From the NCBI GenBank assembly GCA_033762625.1, contig JANRLI010000016.1:77660-141659 (forward strand): a stretch of 64,000 bases of DNA, given 5' to 3'. Shown piece by piece: positions 7,318-16,200 of the stretch. Positions within the stretch are counted from its first letter, which is position 1; every line of letters begins with the position of its first letter. The notes under the pieces were generated by a model. That model searched no databases. It saw nothing but the letters and a program-made list of their open reading frames with translations, and was not told where the DNA came from. Made by a program: the position numbers and the translations under genes. This DNA comes from Alphaproteobacteria bacterium. Lineage in GTDB: Bacteria; Pseudomonadota; Alphaproteobacteria; UBA9219; RGZA01.

Positions 7318-9000
7318 ATGTCCAACCCGTCTTCATCACCTGTTCCGTATCTTGGTTTTGGTCTTGGCCTGCGCATTCCGCATTACGCGCATATTCTGGA
7401 AACGCGCCCTGCGGTGGACTGGTTTGAAATCATCTCCGAAAATTTTATGGATACGGATGGCAGGCCAAAACGCAATCTGGCCAAATTCCGCACGCTTTAC
7501 CCCATCGTCATGCACGGCGTTGCCATGTCGATTGGCACTGCCGATCCGCTCAATTCGGAATATATGCGCAAGCTAAAAGCGCTGAAGAATGAACTGAACC
7601 CTGCATGGATATCCGACCATTTATGCTGGACGGGCATTGCGCACAAAACCACCCACGACTTGTTACCCGTCCCCTATACCGAGGAAGCGCTCAAACACAT
7701 CACGCAGCGCATCAAGGACGTACAGGATTTTCTGGAATGTCCAATTGCGCTGGAAAATCCATCCACTTACCTTGAATTCAAATCATCGCAAATGCCGGAG
7801 GCCGAATTTATCGCGCGCATGGCAACGGATTCCGGCTGCCATTTGCTGCTTGATGTGAACAATGTCTATGTAACCTGCTATAACCACCGCCTTGATGCGA
7901 AAGCATATATCGACGCACTACCCCTAAACCATGTGGCGCAGATCCATTTATCGGGCCACAGCAATATGGGCACCCATATTATCGATACGCATGACGACCA
8001 TGTGGTTGACGATGTATGGGCGCTTTACAAATACGTGATGCACAAGGCGGCGCGCCCCATCAACACCATGATTGAATGGGACGACAATATCCCCGAATTC
8101 GGCGTTGTGTTTGCCGAACTTGAAAAAGCAAAAGCCGCTGCCAAGGATGCGCAGAATTACGCCCCGCTGCCGGATTTGGCTGCGCCGCATGCCGCCTACC
8201 GCGCCAATCATGTGACGGGACTGGCACATTCCCAAACGCACATGCAGGACGCCATATTAAACGGCGCCGATGATGAACCAGCCGCGTGGATTAAAGAAAA
8301 AGAAAACTTCAGCGCCAGCGACCAGCTGGATGTCTATATCAATGGCTACCGCTACCGCCTTTATAACGTCACATCAGAAGATTATCCGGTTCTAAAATAC
8401 GCATTAGGCACAGATACCTTTGATACAATGCTTATGGATTGCATCAACAAAATCCCCGCAACCCATTTTAACATTGCGCGCTATTCCATTCATGTTCCGG
8501 AATTTCTGGCAAGCCACGAAACCGCAACACCCTTTGCACTTGAAATTGCGCAGCTGGAATCAGCAATCGCGCAATTAATGGATGCGCCCGAAACACCCCC
8601 CCTCACGCCCCAGCATTTAAGCCATCTCACCCCCGAAGCATTGATGGAAAGCACCCTTGCGCCGCGCAAAGCCTTGCAGCTTTTTGCCTTCAGCTATCCC
8701 GTTAATGATTATTTTCAGGCCGTCAAAAATGATCAGTCTCCACCGCGCCCTGAAATGCAGAACAGCTTTCTTGCGGTGTACCGCCACGAGGATGATGTCT
8801 GGCGCTTGCCACTGGAAGAGCACGAATATCATTTGCTTCGCAACATCTTTAGCGGGTTGACGATTGGCGATGCGCTGGAAAAAACCCAGAACGACATGGC
8901 CCTTGATGATGAAGCATTGCCTTTGCAACTAACCCACTGGTTTGCGCGGTGGATGCGTAACGGTTTGCTCGCATCTTACGAAGATAACCATATCCACTAA
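7318..9000 (+). CDS. Fused MNIO (DUF692, MbnB/BufB-like multinuclear non-heme iron oxidase) - DUF2063 (BufC/MbnC-like partner) protein; start reassigned to ATG after the hairpin (ORF-track start 7282 lies inside the terminator stem)
   Basis: N-half GFGLGLRIPHYAHI...DWFEIISENFMD...HGVAMSIGTADPL...ISDHLCW...LENPSTYLEF...DVNNVYV = DUF692 TIM-barrel motifs; C-half ...DVYINGYRYRLYNV... DUF2063 signature (R.DVYRNN-like); single 561 aa ORF. Confidence 0.75.
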   Translation: MSNPSSSPVPYLGFGLGLRIPHYAHILETRPAVDWFEIISENFMDTDGRPKRNLAKFRTLYPIVMHGVAMSIGTADPLNSEYMRKLKALKNELNPAWISDHLCWTGIAHKTTHDLLPVPYTEEALKHITQRIKDVQDFLECPIALENPSTYLEFKSSQMPEAEFIARMATDSGCHLLLDVNNVYVTCYNHRLDAKAYIDALPLNHVAQIHLSGHSNMGTHIIDTHDDHVVDDVWALYKYVMHKAARPINTMIEWDDNIPEFGVVFAELEKAKAAAKDAQNYAPLPDLAAPHAAYRANHVTGLAHSQTHMQDAILNGADDEPAAWIKEKENFSASDQLDVYINGYRYRLYNVTSEDYPVLKYALGTDTFDTMLMDCINKIPATHFNIARYSIHVPEFLASHETATPFALEIAQLESAIAQLMDAPETPPLTPQHLSHLTPEALMESTLAPRKALQLFAFSYPVNDYFQAVKNDQSPPRPEMQNSFLAVYRHEDDVWRLPLEEHEYHLLRNIFSGLTIGDALEKTQNDMALDDEALPLQLTHWFARWMRNGLLASYEDNHIH

Positions 9001-9014
9001 CCAAAGGACCTTTT

Positions 9015-9440
9015 ATGAACAAGGCTATACTATTCTACACGCAGCGGGTTTTGCCTGCATTGAATAATCTTTCATCCTTGCCGGTACTCGGCCTGCGGCT
9101 ATGGATTGCAGATGTTTTTTTCCAGTCGGGCCACACCAAATTACTGGATTGGCAAGGCACGGTTGCACTGTTTGCCGATGAATATAAGGTTCCGGTTTTA
9201 CCACCGGAAATTGCGGCATCACTTGGCACCGCAACGGAACTTGTTGCACCTGTCTTGCTCGCCATCGGACTAGGTGGCCGTTTTGCAGCCTGCGCTATGC
9301 TTTTCATGACCGGCGTGATCGAATTCACCTATATGCATTTTGATGTGCATGTCATCTGGGCGTTAACCCTTGCCCTGATTATCCTGCAAGGGCCTGGAAA
9401 ATTGTCGTTGGATTACCTGTTAAGAAAGCGTTTTGGCTAG
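9015..9440 (+). CDS. DoxX-family small membrane protein (BufD-like)
   Basis: 141 aa, 4 predicted TM spans, position immediately after MNIO/DUF2063 gene as in buf operons. Confidence 0.65.
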   Translation: MNKAILFYTQRVLPALNNLSSLPVLGLRLWIADVFFQSGHTKLLDWQGTVALFADEYKVPVLPPEIAASLGTATELVAPVLLAIGLGGRFAACAMLFMTGVIEFTYMHFDVHVIWALTLALIILQGPGKLSLDYLLRKRFG

Positions 9441-9600
9441 GTTTTATGACCCAAATGTACAAATCCTGAGGGCACTTCCCCTTTAATATTATTATCGTTT
9501 TACTTTCGAAACAGGCGTGCTTCTATATGCCCAGCAGGACACGCTCCGCTGTGTGCGGCCTGCATAGCGCTCAAGCCCTATTTTTCGAAAGGTGTATTTC

Positions 9601-10374
9601 ATGCGTCTTCTTGCATTAGCTGTTGTTTTATTTTTCGCGCAGCCAGCGTTATCCGCGCAGATTCAATTTTTCCCGCCGCAAGGCCCGTGCAATGCCGATA
9701 ACCCGATTTTGGCATGGAACGGAAATGGCAGCACCTATTGCACCCGTTTTCCAACCGCCGCTATTCCTGATTGCGGTGATGGCGAATTCCTTACCAAGAA
9801 AAACGGCAATCTTGCTTGCGTGAAAGTTTCCACCGGCGCTGTCTCATCCTCAACGCCTGCTGCGCCAACCGCGCCAACCACCACGACTTCATCCGGCAAC
9901 ACCACAACACCAACGCCTGCTTATAATTCAAACGGCACACCAACTGGCGCAGCGCCAAGCGTTGCAGCAAGCAATGGCAAAACCCAAACAACACCGGTAA
10001 CCATACCAAATCCGGTACAGCGCACAGGTAACAATGCCTGCCCCGACATTACCATTCCGGTTTGCGCTTCTGATTCCGTGCTCGTAAATTACGGGCTTGA
10101 TTTCAATGGCTGCCAGACATCCCCGCAATGCAAATATATGGGGTCAACCGCAGCAGCGCAGGCAGCTTACGCCAGCTATGCCAATGGCGGGTTATCGAAT
10201 AACAGCGTCGCCAGCAGCAACGGTTATGGCTACTACGACCCATACGCCAGCTATTATTCGGGATCGTCCTATTACACAACTCCAACCTATGTGGATGAAG
10301 TTTACGTCGAACCCGAGCCAGTGTATTACGAAGAACAGCCTAGCTATGCTTCTGAGCCTTATTATGAAGAATAA
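9601..10374 (+). CDS. Secreted hypothetical protein, Cys-containing N-domain then Ser/Thr/Pro-rich linker and Tyr-rich acidic C-terminus
   Basis: Signal peptide MRLLALAVVLFFAQPALSA; low-complexity TPAAPTAPTTTTSSGNTTTPTP; C-terminal YYDPYASYYSGSSYYTTPTYVDEVYVEPEPVYYEE; ATG 9601 preferred over GTG 9592 (RBS aaagg spacing). Confidence 0.5.
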   Translation: MRLLALAVVLFFAQPALSAQIQFFPPQGPCNADNPILAWNGNGSTYCTRFPTAAIPDCGDGEFLTKKNGNLACVKVSTGAVSSSTPAAPTAPTTTTSSGNTTTPTPAYNSNGTPTGAAPSVAASNGKTQTTPVTIPNPVQRTGNNACPDITIPVCASDSVLVNYGLDFNGCQTSPQCKYMGSTAAAQAAYASYANGGLSNNSVASSNGYGYYDPYASYYSGSSYYTTPTYVDEVYVEPEPVYYEEQPSYASEPYYEE

Positions 10375-10376
10375 GC

Positions 10377-12758
10377 TTAGAACGTAAACTTCAAACCTGC
10401 TGCAAAGGTTTGGTCAAAGCGGTTACCAATCGGCGCGCCAACATCATAGGTTGCAAACGCGCTGAATGTTTCATCCAGCGTCACGTCAAAGCCCATGCCA
10501 AGCGTAAGGGTGTGGCGTGCAGCGGAAACACCCTGCAAGCTTGCAGCCACCCCGATAATGGTTGCCTGCGTATTATTTGATGCGTCAAACACATCATAGC
10601 TGTATTTCACGCGCGCATTGGGTATGAATGCATATTCGCCAATCTTTTTAGCAGGTGCGGTGAAATTCAATCCCGTATAAAGGCGCAGCAAATTGTTCGC
10701 ACGCGAAGCAACGCTGATATTCGAAATGCCAGCTCCGCTTTCGCTAAATGCATCTTCATAGACATAGGCGTAATTGGCGCCTACACGCGGGGTAATACCA
10801 AATCCGTTCAGCTTCATACGCTTTGATACATGCAATCCTGTGGAAAGTTCATGCGCGGCATGATTGCTATTGGCGGCAATGGCTGGCGCAATATAACGCG
10901 CATTATCAATATCGTGATGCGCATAACCCATCTGGCCATCGAGCGCGATATCATCCCACACCTTGCTGCCATACAAAGCAAAACGCACAGTGTTGGCTTC
11001 ACCTTCGCTTCTGGTCGCGGCATATCCCGTCAGGCCCGTATGCTCATATCCGCCTGCTGCACCAAAGCGAAGACCTTTTTCAATTTTCCTATCCACACCA
11101 AACATAAATCCGCCGGTTTGCGTTTCATATCCTGCGGCGGAACTATTACTGGATACTGAACCCAAATTGCCTATTGCCTTGAACCAGCCGTTATTGCGTT
11201 TCATTACTGCTGGCAATGCCTTAGCCAGTGCGTTCATGCCTTGAATATTTTCAGAATGCGTTACAGTCGTATCACGCAAAGATGTAAAGGTGAGATCACT
11301 GCCCGCATCGCTGCTTGAGCCTGTATCACCCAAATGGTCAAACATCACATCGCTTGCGCGCGCACCTGAATCAAATGATGTACTGGTGGTCGTAGTCAGA
11401 CTGCTGGTAGCAGGAAGCTTGCTGGCATCTGGAACCGTTAGACTAATTGTAACATCGGTTGGGTTGTACATCACATTGCCAAACGTAAAACCCGTCGGCG
11501 CACTCGTTACCACGCTTGTAAATTCACCTGTAATGCTTCCTGCTTTGATGACTGTGTATTTAGATTGTGGATTATCGCTATTTAGTAAATTTAAAATCAA
11601 CCGTCCACCAAGTATTGCATTCCCCATAACCGTTAGCGCAGGCGCTGCATCGGTAAGACCGACTATCAATATAGATTGCGGCGGTGTGGGCGGTGGCGTT
11701 GGTTGGTAAATAGAGATATTTAATGTGAGTGATTTTACCGTTTGATGAAATCCCCCAAGATCAAGTGTTGAGTCTTTAGTAACATACACATCCGAGTTGG
11801 GGCTTAAGGTATTTTCTGCGCCCGCCAGTAATGCTCCGTTACCATACAGTATTTGATTAGCTTGCGGGTCAGCAGCGTAGTTTCCCGTAGCAATATATGT
11901 TGGACCGGAATAGCTGTTAGCTCCATGAAGTGTTGTTGTGGTTCCAAGAATATTTACATTAACGGCACCGCCAATCTGATTAATGGTTCCACCTACTGAA
12001 GTAATAATCCACGGACCATTGAGAATGCCATTTTGTACGGTACCGCCAAACAAACGTACAGGACCCGAGCTGTGCGTAGTGCCGCCATAATCAACAATAC
12101 CGCCACTATAAACTACCGAGCTGTAAGAAATCCAAGACGCCAGATTAGCAAGATTAAGCGTGCCGCCATTAACAGTTGCCTCGCCAGTAACTACACCCAC
12201 CAAATTGGTTGTGCCCGAGTTTACATTTAAGTTGAGGCCATAATTGGTAGAGATGTTTTCAATTGTACCGCCTGTTGAATTAACTTGCGGAAAAAAATAA
12301 ATAGAGTACCCAAACGGATCTACAAGCAATCCATTTCGAAGTGTGCCGCCATTAAGATGGATTAGATTAATTGCTTCGCTGCGCCCATCAAAATCAAGCG
12401 TTGCACCTGTACTAATAGTGGTGACTGACGTTCGACTAAATACAAAATTAGCACCTAATTTCAGTATACCATGATTCACATTCGTATCACCCGTATATGT
12501 ATTGGCACCTGATAGCGTCAGGGCACCAGAACCCGTCTTGGTAATTGCTGTACCACTTCCTGTAATCGCACCACTTTGTGTCGCTTCATCGAAATTGTTG
12601 ACCTGTAATGTCTCCGTAGTTGTAATCGGGGTTGCTCTGTTTTGTCCGTTAGTATAAACGATGGTCGCCGATGCAGGTACAGCGATGCCGCATAATAATG
12701 CGGCGCTTAATACCAATAATATGGAAGAACGATGGAACGATGTGCGCATGAAAACCAA
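10377..12758 (-). CDS. Autotransporter (type Va) adhesin-like protein with signal peptide, beta-helical passenger and C-terminal translocator barrel
   Basis: Signal peptide; Gly/Thr/Asn-rich passenger; C-terminal barrel region with alternating hydrophobic residues ending AAGLKFTF (terminal Phe). Confidence 0.75.
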   Translation of the reverse strand: MVFMRTSFHRSSILLVLSAALLCGIAVPASATIVYTNGQNRATPITTTETLQVNNFDEATQSGAITGSGTAITKTGSGALTLSGANTYTGDTNVNHGILKLGANFVFSRTSVTTISTGATLDFDGRSEAINLIHLNGGTLRNGLLVDPFGYSIYFFPQVNSTGGTIENISTNYGLNLNVNSGTTNLVGVVTGEATVNGGTLNLANLASWISYSSVVYSGGIVDYGGTTHSSGPVRLFGGTVQNGILNGPWIITSVGGTINQIGGAVNVNILGTTTTLHGANSYSGPTYIATGNYAADPQANQILYGNGALLAGAENTLSPNSDVYVTKDSTLDLGGFHQTVKSLTLNISIYQPTPPPTPPQSILIVGLTDAAPALTVMGNAILGGRLILNLLNSDNPQSKYTVIKAGSITGEFTSVVTSAPTGFTFGNVMYNPTDVTISLTVPDASKLPATSSLTTTTSTSFDSGARASDVMFDHLGDTGSSSDAGSDLTFTSLRDTTVTHSENIQGMNALAKALPAVMKRNNGWFKAIGNLGSVSSNSSAAGYETQTGGFMFGVDRKIEKGLRFGAAGGYEHTGLTGYAATRSEGEANTVRFALYGSKVWDDIALDGQMGYAHHDIDNARYIAPAIAANSNHAAHELSTGLHVSKRMKLNGFGITPRVGANYAYVYEDAFSESGAGISNISVASRANNLLRLYTGLNFTAPAKKIGEYAFIPNARVKYSYDVFDASNNTQATIIGVAASLQGVSAARHTLTLGMGFDVTLDETFSAFATYDVGAPIGNRFDQTFAAGLKFTF

Positions 12759-12834
12759 ATGAACAAGCTGGTTTCAGCAGCTTACCCAAAGATACGCTTT
12801 TCATGCAATCCTATTAAAATGTCACTTTTTAATG

Positions 12835-13254
12835 CTATTTCAAAAGCGTCTGAATTTTCTTGAAGCGTTCCATTTGAACCGTCTGGCCAAGATTGCGAGC
12901 TTTTTCCTTATCGCCTTCTTGCGCGGCGGGGATCATCTCGCCATCACGGGTCTGCACAAACTCGGCCCAGACTGACTTGAATTGCAGCAGTCTCTGCTTG
13001 GTTTCCTCTGGTGTTTTATCATCGTTGATCATGGTATCGGTACGCATATCCACTTCAATGGTTGATGCGCTAATCTCGCTGAGCAGCGTTGAACGGACAT
13101 TTTCGTCATCGGTTGACAAAAAGCCTGATACTTTGGCCCGCGAATTTTGAACCAGTTCAAGAATATCCGCCGTGGTCCCTTCCGCCAGCGCCGCAAAAGG
13201 GCTGGCAACGCACAACAGAAAACCGGCAAAAGCCAAAGCAAATTTGTTTTTCAT
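12835..13254 (-). CDS. Small periplasmic hypothetical protein (signal peptide), between the two autotransporter genes
   Basis: MKNKFALAFAGFLLCVASPFAALA signal peptide; charged helical remainder; no recognisable family. Confidence 0.45.
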   Translation of the reverse strand: MKNKFALAFAGFLLCVASPFAALAEGTTADILELVQNSRAKVSGFLSTDDENVRSTLLSEISASTIEVDMRTDTMINDDKTPEETKQRLLQFKSVWAEFVQTRDGEMIPAAQEGDKEKARNLGQTVQMERFKKIQTLLK

Positions 13255-13265
13255 GTATTCTCCTA

Positions 13266-16200
13266 TTACCAGCGATACTTCATACCGCCGAACACACCGT
13301 GGGTGGTTTCGTTGTTGCGGAAGCGGCCACTATATTTCCCGAATACCGAGAAATCGTTATTAAGTCTTAGCTGCATGCCTGCGCCGGCCTGCAATGCGCT
13401 TGGCTCGATATTGGTGCCATCCACCTTGAAGCGTGCGGTTGTGCCATCAAAGGTTTGTGTCGCATTCGCTTCGGGGCGGTATGCATCATACAGATAGGCT
13501 GCCGTCAGCTCGGGAATAAGCATCGAACCATCTGCCCTGTCGATATCAAAGCGCTTGGCCACATGCACTTGAAGGGTATTGCGCAACGCATGGGTGCTTT
13601 CGCTATCCACCGCAAGGTTGGCAGCATTCGCGCCCGTTTCAACAAACGCATCCTGATTATTGTAAAGGTAGGATACGGTATCAAAGATGCCGAGTTGAAC
13701 ATCGCCATCATCCGCCTTATAGCCGAGCGTACCCGATGCGCTGAAGGTCTGGCCTTCGGGTGAACCCTTGGCAGTTCCGGTGAATGTGCCAACGCGGATA
13801 TCGCGTTTGGTATCGCCCTTGTCAAAGCCGATACCTACCGCGCCGCCAACATAAATATTGCTATCCAGATTCTTCTGGCCATAAACGCCAAGCTGATAGC
13901 TGTTCAAGGATGCAGTATTGTTGTTCTGCTTCAGCTCCAATTCGTTATTGCCATATCCGAAGCCGATACGCAGCAGCGTGTCGCGTTCAGGCTTGAATTC
14001 CAGACCGACCATACCGCCAACCTGTGTTCCCTTAATGTCGCTGACATTGCTGTTTCCGGTCAGGGTTGCGAACTTGCCATACGCACAACCCCACGCCGCA
14101 ACATTCTGGCGCATGAAATTACGTTTGAGCTGAACCTGTTTGCGCTCGCCCTGATTAACCCGTTGGCTATCGCGCGGCAAGATAAGCGGCATTTGCTGAT
14201 AGCGCTGTTCCTTGCGTTCATAATATGGCGGTGGTTCTTGCTGCACAGGCGGCATGGATGCGTATTGTTGCGGCTGCACCTGTGGTACCACTTGTGGCAC
14301 AACTTGCGGCTGCATTTGTGGTTGCTGCATCACTTGCTGCGGCACGTATTGCTGCTGCATATATTGTTGTGGCTGCTGCGGCACGTATTGTGGCTGTACC
14401 TGTGGTGCCACTTGCGGCACCACTTGCGCCTGCTGTGTCATGACCTGTACCGGTTGCTGCGGCACAGGAATGTTGGTTTGCGAATACAAATTCTGACGCG
14501 GTGCGCCGCCATAAGGCGTGTTCATATTCGATTGCGCATAATGCTGGTAGGACGGCATCATCTGCGGGGTAGGCATTGGGCCAGGCATATAACCCGATGA
14601 TTGAACCACCATGTAATTTACAGCCGGCGGCGCAGCTTGCGCGACCATGCCTTGCGGCGCATAGATTTGTGAATATAATCCCAGCGGTCTATATCCGCTC
14701 TGAACCTGTGGCATGGCTTGCATTACGGGTTGCGGCGCAGGGATATAGCCATTTGGCATTCCATTATTGATGCCTGAACGTGCATGCATCAGTGCCTTGT
14801 AATTATCCGGCGCATAATCCATCGCAGTCAAGCCAATGGGCCGTGCCAGCATACCGCGGCGGGTTTCATAAGCAATCGGTGTATAGCGCGAATTGGGCAT
14901 AACCGTGCGCGTGGGTTGCTGCAATTGCGGCGCTACGTAATCGCTACCATCGGCGGTATCGTAATCGTAATTATACATCGTATCGCAATTACCGCTGCCG
15001 GGATTGGACAAGATTTCATCAAAGGTGAAATGGTTTTCACGCCATCCCTGCCCGATATCGGCATTCACCTGACCGGATAATGTTTCAAGCGCAGCCGCTT
15101 GACCCGTTGGCCCAACAGCACTTAATGCGTTTAACAAGGTATCCATTGAACTGCCATTCGCGGTTGTTTGCTGAATACCATCCAGCGCGCGGCCCGTTGC
15201 GGCCTGATTTTTGGTGGCGCCGGGCGCATTACCAAATAATTCAGCCTGCACAATTTTCATCTGGGTGGCGGTTGGGCTGTACAATGTTTGCAAGGCAAGC
15301 AGCGGGTTCGATGAAGCGGCAATCTCCGCATCATTTGACGCATTTACAATATTATCCGCGCCAATCGTCGCGCCGGATGATGTTGTGGTAAAGCGGCCCG
15401 TGCCGCTACCTGCTGGGCTTGAAATAATCGTATAGGTCGTGCCGCGCACATAGCGTGATGACGGCGTAAGCGGCTTGTAATGGATTTTTCCATCCAGCGA
15501 TGCAGGTGATCCCGTCACAATCAACTGGTCATGCACCGTATCGCTAAACTCCACTTCAAACGTACCGCCTGAATTTTGCGTAAATCCGGCAACGGTCAAT
15601 GTGCCGGGGCTATCGCCGGGGGCAACAGTACCGTTATTGACAATCTGGCCGGTGAACGTCCCAATACCCTTTAAGCCCGCGCCGGAATTTACAGTCACGG
15701 TGCTGCTGGCAACGCTGCCATCATTTTGCAAAGTGGATCCGCTGATAATGGTCGTTGTACCCGTATAGGTATTATTGCCGGTAACGCGCCATGTGCCGTT
15801 ACCTGTTACGATCAAGCCGCCGCCGGTTGGTGATCCATCGCCCACGCTGCCGGTAAAGGTGTTGGTACCGTTTTGTGTAATCGTACCGCCATCCAGCAAG
15901 ATGCTGCCCGACCCGCTTAAATTCGTAAGCGTCTGGCTGGTGGAGTTAACATCCAACACGCCATTAATCTCAACATCCGAACTGGTTGCAATCGCATCAT
16001 TCACAGTAAGGCTAAGGGTTGAACCCGAACCAATCGTCGTTGTGCCGGTATAGGTATTGACGCCCGATAACGTCCATGTGCCAGTACCGGTGGTTGCCAC
16101 ATTACCTGCGCCGGAAATCACGCCGCTAAAGGTGCCGGTACCGTTTTCGGTCAACGTATGGCCACTATCCGTCACAATACTTCCCGAACCTGAAAGGTTA

